The position numbers and the translations under genes were made by a program. A DNA stretch of 64,000 bases from an uncultured beta proteobacterium (lineage in GTDB: Bacteria > Pseudomonadota > Gammaproteobacteria > Burkholderiales > Rhodocyclaceae), in NCBI GenBank assembly GCA_903848955.1, contig CAINHS010000122.1, positions 647 through 64,646 on the forward strand, read 5' to 3'. This document shows positions 61,884 to 64,000 of the stretch, in pieces. The number at the start of each line of letters is the position of its first letter. The first letter of the stretch is position 1. The notes under the pieces were generated by a model. That model searched no databases, was not told the DNA's origin, and saw nothing but the letters and a program-made list of their open reading frames with translations.

Positions 61884-63008
61884 TTGTCCGCTCTGCTGCC
61901 CCAACCCGATCCCCAAGGCCTGCTCGAATATTCGGTGGTCTATACCGACCGCGCCCTCAACCACATGTCGCAACGCTTCCAGGGCGTGATGAAGGACATT
62001 TCGCGCATCCTGAAGAGCGTGTACCACGCCAGGTCCGCCGTTGTCGTGCCGGGTAGCGGCAGCTTCGGCATGGAAGCCGTGGCGCGCCAGTTCGCCACCG
62101 GCAAGAAGTGCCTGGTCATACGCAACGGCTGGTTCAGCTTCCGCTGGACGCAGATCTTCGACATGGGCGGCATTCCCGCCGAGAGCATCGTCCTCAAGGC
62201 GCGTCGCACCGGCAGCGGCAGCCAGGCGCCGTTTGCCCCGGCGCCGCTGCAGGAAGTCCTCGCCGCGATCCGCGAGCACAGGCCGGACGTCGTCTTCGCG
62301 CCGCATGTTGAAACCGCTTCCGGCATGATCCTGCCCGATGACTACCTGCGCGCCGTCGGTGCCGCAGTGCGTGAGGTCGATGGCCTGTTCGTGCTCGATT
62401 GCGTCGCCTCGGGCACCGTCTGGGTCGATATGGTCGCCAATGATGTCGATGTCCTCATCAGCGCGCCGCAAAAGGGCTGGAGCGCCTCGCCCTGCTGCGC
62501 CCTGGTGGCGCTCGGCGAGCGCGCCCGCGCCAGGATCGACGCCACCACCAGCACCAGCTTTGCCTGCGACCTGAAGAAGTGGCTGCAGATCATGGAAGCT
62601 TTCGAGAACGGCGGCCATGCCTACCATGCCACCATGCCCACCGACGCTCTCGCCGGCCTGCGCGACGTGATGCTGGAAACCGAGGCCTACGGTTTCGACA
62701 AGGTCTGCCGCGAACAGCAGGAACTGGGCCGACGGGTGCGCGAACTGCTGGTGAGCCGGGGGTTCCCCAGTGTTGCCGCGGCAGGCTTCGAGGCTCCCGG
62801 CGTGGTGGTCAGCTACACCACCGATGCGGAGATCCAGTCAGGCAGGAAGTTCCTCAGCGCCGGGCTGCAGACCGCTGCCGGCGTCCCGCTGCAGTGCGAC
62901 GAGCCCGCCGATTTCCGCAGCTTCCGCATCGGCCTGTTCGGCCTGGACAAGTTGCACCAGCCGCAGCGGACCGTAAAGAGCCTGGAAGTCGCCTTGAGCA
63001 AGATTTGA
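61884..63008 (+). CDS. Class V PLP aminotransferase (serine-pyruvate/alanine-glyoxylate type)
   Basis: RBS AAGGAG with TTG start; PGSGSFGMEAV, HVETASG, DCVASG, SAPQKGW. Confidence 0.85.
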   Translation: MSALLPQPDPQGLLEYSVVYTDRALNHMSQRFQGVMKDISRILKSVYHARSAVVVPGSGSFGMEAVARQFATGKKCLVIRNGWFSFRWTQIFDMGGIPAESIVLKARRTGSGSQAPFAPAPLQEVLAAIREHRPDVVFAPHVETASGMILPDDYLRAVGAAVREVDGLFVLDCVASGTVWVDMVANDVDVLISAPQKGWSASPCCALVALGERARARIDATTSTSFACDLKKWLQIMEAFENGGHAYHATMPTDALAGLRDVMLETEAYGFDKVCREQQELGRRVRELLVSRGFPSVAAAGFEAPGVVVSYTTDAEIQSGRKFLSAGLQTAAGVPLQCDEPADFRSFRIGLFGLDKLHQPQRTVKSLEVALSKI

Positions 63009-63037
63009 ACTGTCGGGCCGGCGCCTGAGCGCCGGCC

Positions 63038-64000
63038 TCAGCAGCGGGTCAGGCGGCTGCCCCAGAATGCCGCCAGTTCCAGCATGCGGTTGGCAAAGCC
63101 CCATTCGTTGTCGAACCAGATCAGCAGGTTTGCCAGCTGTGGACCGCTCATGCGCGTCTGGCTGGCGTCGATGATGGCGGAATATGCGCTGTGGTTGAAG
63201 TCGACCGAGGCATGGGCTTCCGCGGTATAGGCCAATTGTCCCGGGAAACTCGCGGCCACCGCCTGCTGCAGGCAGGCGTTGATCCCGGCAACGGTGGTGG
63301 GGCGTGCCAGCGTCGCTACCAGGTCGATGGCCGAGACATTGGTCACCGGCACGCGGATCGACTTGGCTTCGACGCGGTCGGCCAGTTGCGGCAGCAGGCG
63401 CGCCACGCCGCGGGCGAGGCCGGTGGCGACCGGGATGATGGACTGCATCGCCGAGCGTGTGCGGCGCAGGTCGGCATGGTGGTAGCCGTCGATCGGCGGC
63501 TGGTCGTTCATCACCGAGTGCAGTGTCGTCATCAGGGCGTGATCGATGCCGAAGGCCGCGTCGAGAATCGTCAGCACCGGCACGATCGCGTTGGTGGTGC
63601 AGGACGCGGCCGACACGATGCGTTCGTCGCCAACGAGCGATTCGTGGTTGCTGCCGAAGACGATGGTGCGGTCGACATCGCCGGCGCCATGCCCCGGGTG
63701 CGACAGCAGCAGTCGCGGACATCCGGCGTCGAGGAAGGCCTGCAGTTCTGCGCGGGTCGTATAGCGGCCGGAGGCTTCGATCAGCAGGTCGATCTGCAGC
63801 GCCCGCCAATCCACGCCCTGCGGCGTCACGGCATGAGTCACCCGGACGACCTGGCCGTCGATGAGCATCTCTTCGCCGCGAACCTCGACCGTGCCCGGAA
63901 AGCGGCCGTGGGTCGAATCGAAGCGCGTCAGGTAGGCCATGCTCTCGATGTCCGCCGGCTCGTTGATGGCTACTACCGAGACCTTCCCGCGCAGCGGGGA
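63038..64000 (-). CDS. epd: Erythrose-4-phosphate dehydrogenase (GAPDH family), 5' end outside the window
   Basis: SAASCTTN, HSVMNDQ..DGYHHADLRRTRSAMQSIIP, WFDNEWGFANRM (Epd-type signatures). The frame is open to base 64000. Confidence 0.8.
   Translation of the reverse strand, partial: SPLRGKVSVVAINEPADIESMAYLTRFDSTHGRFPGTVEVRGEEMLIDGQVVRVTHAVTPQGVDWRALQIDLLIEASGRYTTRAELQAFLDAGCPRLLLSHPGHGAGDVDRTIVFGSNHESLVGDERIVSAASCTTNAIVPVLTILDAAFGIDHALMTTLHSVMNDQPPIDGYHHADLRRTRSAMQSIIPVATGLARGVARLLPQLADRVEAKSIRVPVTNVSAIDLVATLARPTTVAGINACLQQAVAASFPGQLAYTAEAHASVDFNHSAYSAIIDASQTRMSGPQLANLLIWFDNEWGFANRMLELAAFWGSRLTRC

Noticed and set aside
61191-62627. 478-aa ORF suggesting a large CBS fusion
   Set aside because: The N-terminal part is antisense to the aminotransferase and runs through the FNR promoter. 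The real gene starts at GTG 61622 after a clear RBS.

Overview
A GC-rich chromosomal window with typical betaproteobacterial gene content (Rhodocyclales-like; the taxonomy is an inference). It contains no rRNA, tRNA, CRISPR array or transposase that I can support. In order: (1) a signalling island with an HD-GYP protein (5' truncated), three paralogous hybrid histidine kinases with different sensor domains, an Aer-like receptor, a FixJ-like regulator and cheR-cheB-cheD-HDOD; (2) a PsrA-like TetR gene with a palindromic operator, and an acyl-CoA thioesterase; (3) two tandem Asp->Glu pseudo-receiver genes and a CbcL-like multiheme c / cytochrome b fusion behind an FNR-type promoter; (4) housekeeping genes: an ATM1-like exporter, gltIJKL, ppc, clsB, nadA, a CDF transporter, glnA-ntrB-ntrC with NtrC and sigma54 sites, birA and coaX; (5) a DUF350-SPFH-DUF4178-small protein-membrane spermidine synthase operon; (6) a sulfur module sbp-cysE-family 2A encapsulin-cysteine desulfurase with a convergent rhodanese that shares a promoter motif with sbp; (7) miscellaneous genes ending in a truncated epd. 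The most unusual non-gene signal is a set of short palindromic or hairpin insertions placed at stop/start junctions inside operons (cheR/cheB, gltJ/gltK, ntrB/ntrC, SPFH/DUF4178). Several duplicate the junction and carry a bridging mini-ORF. All family assignments come from motif recognition by eye; no database search was run.
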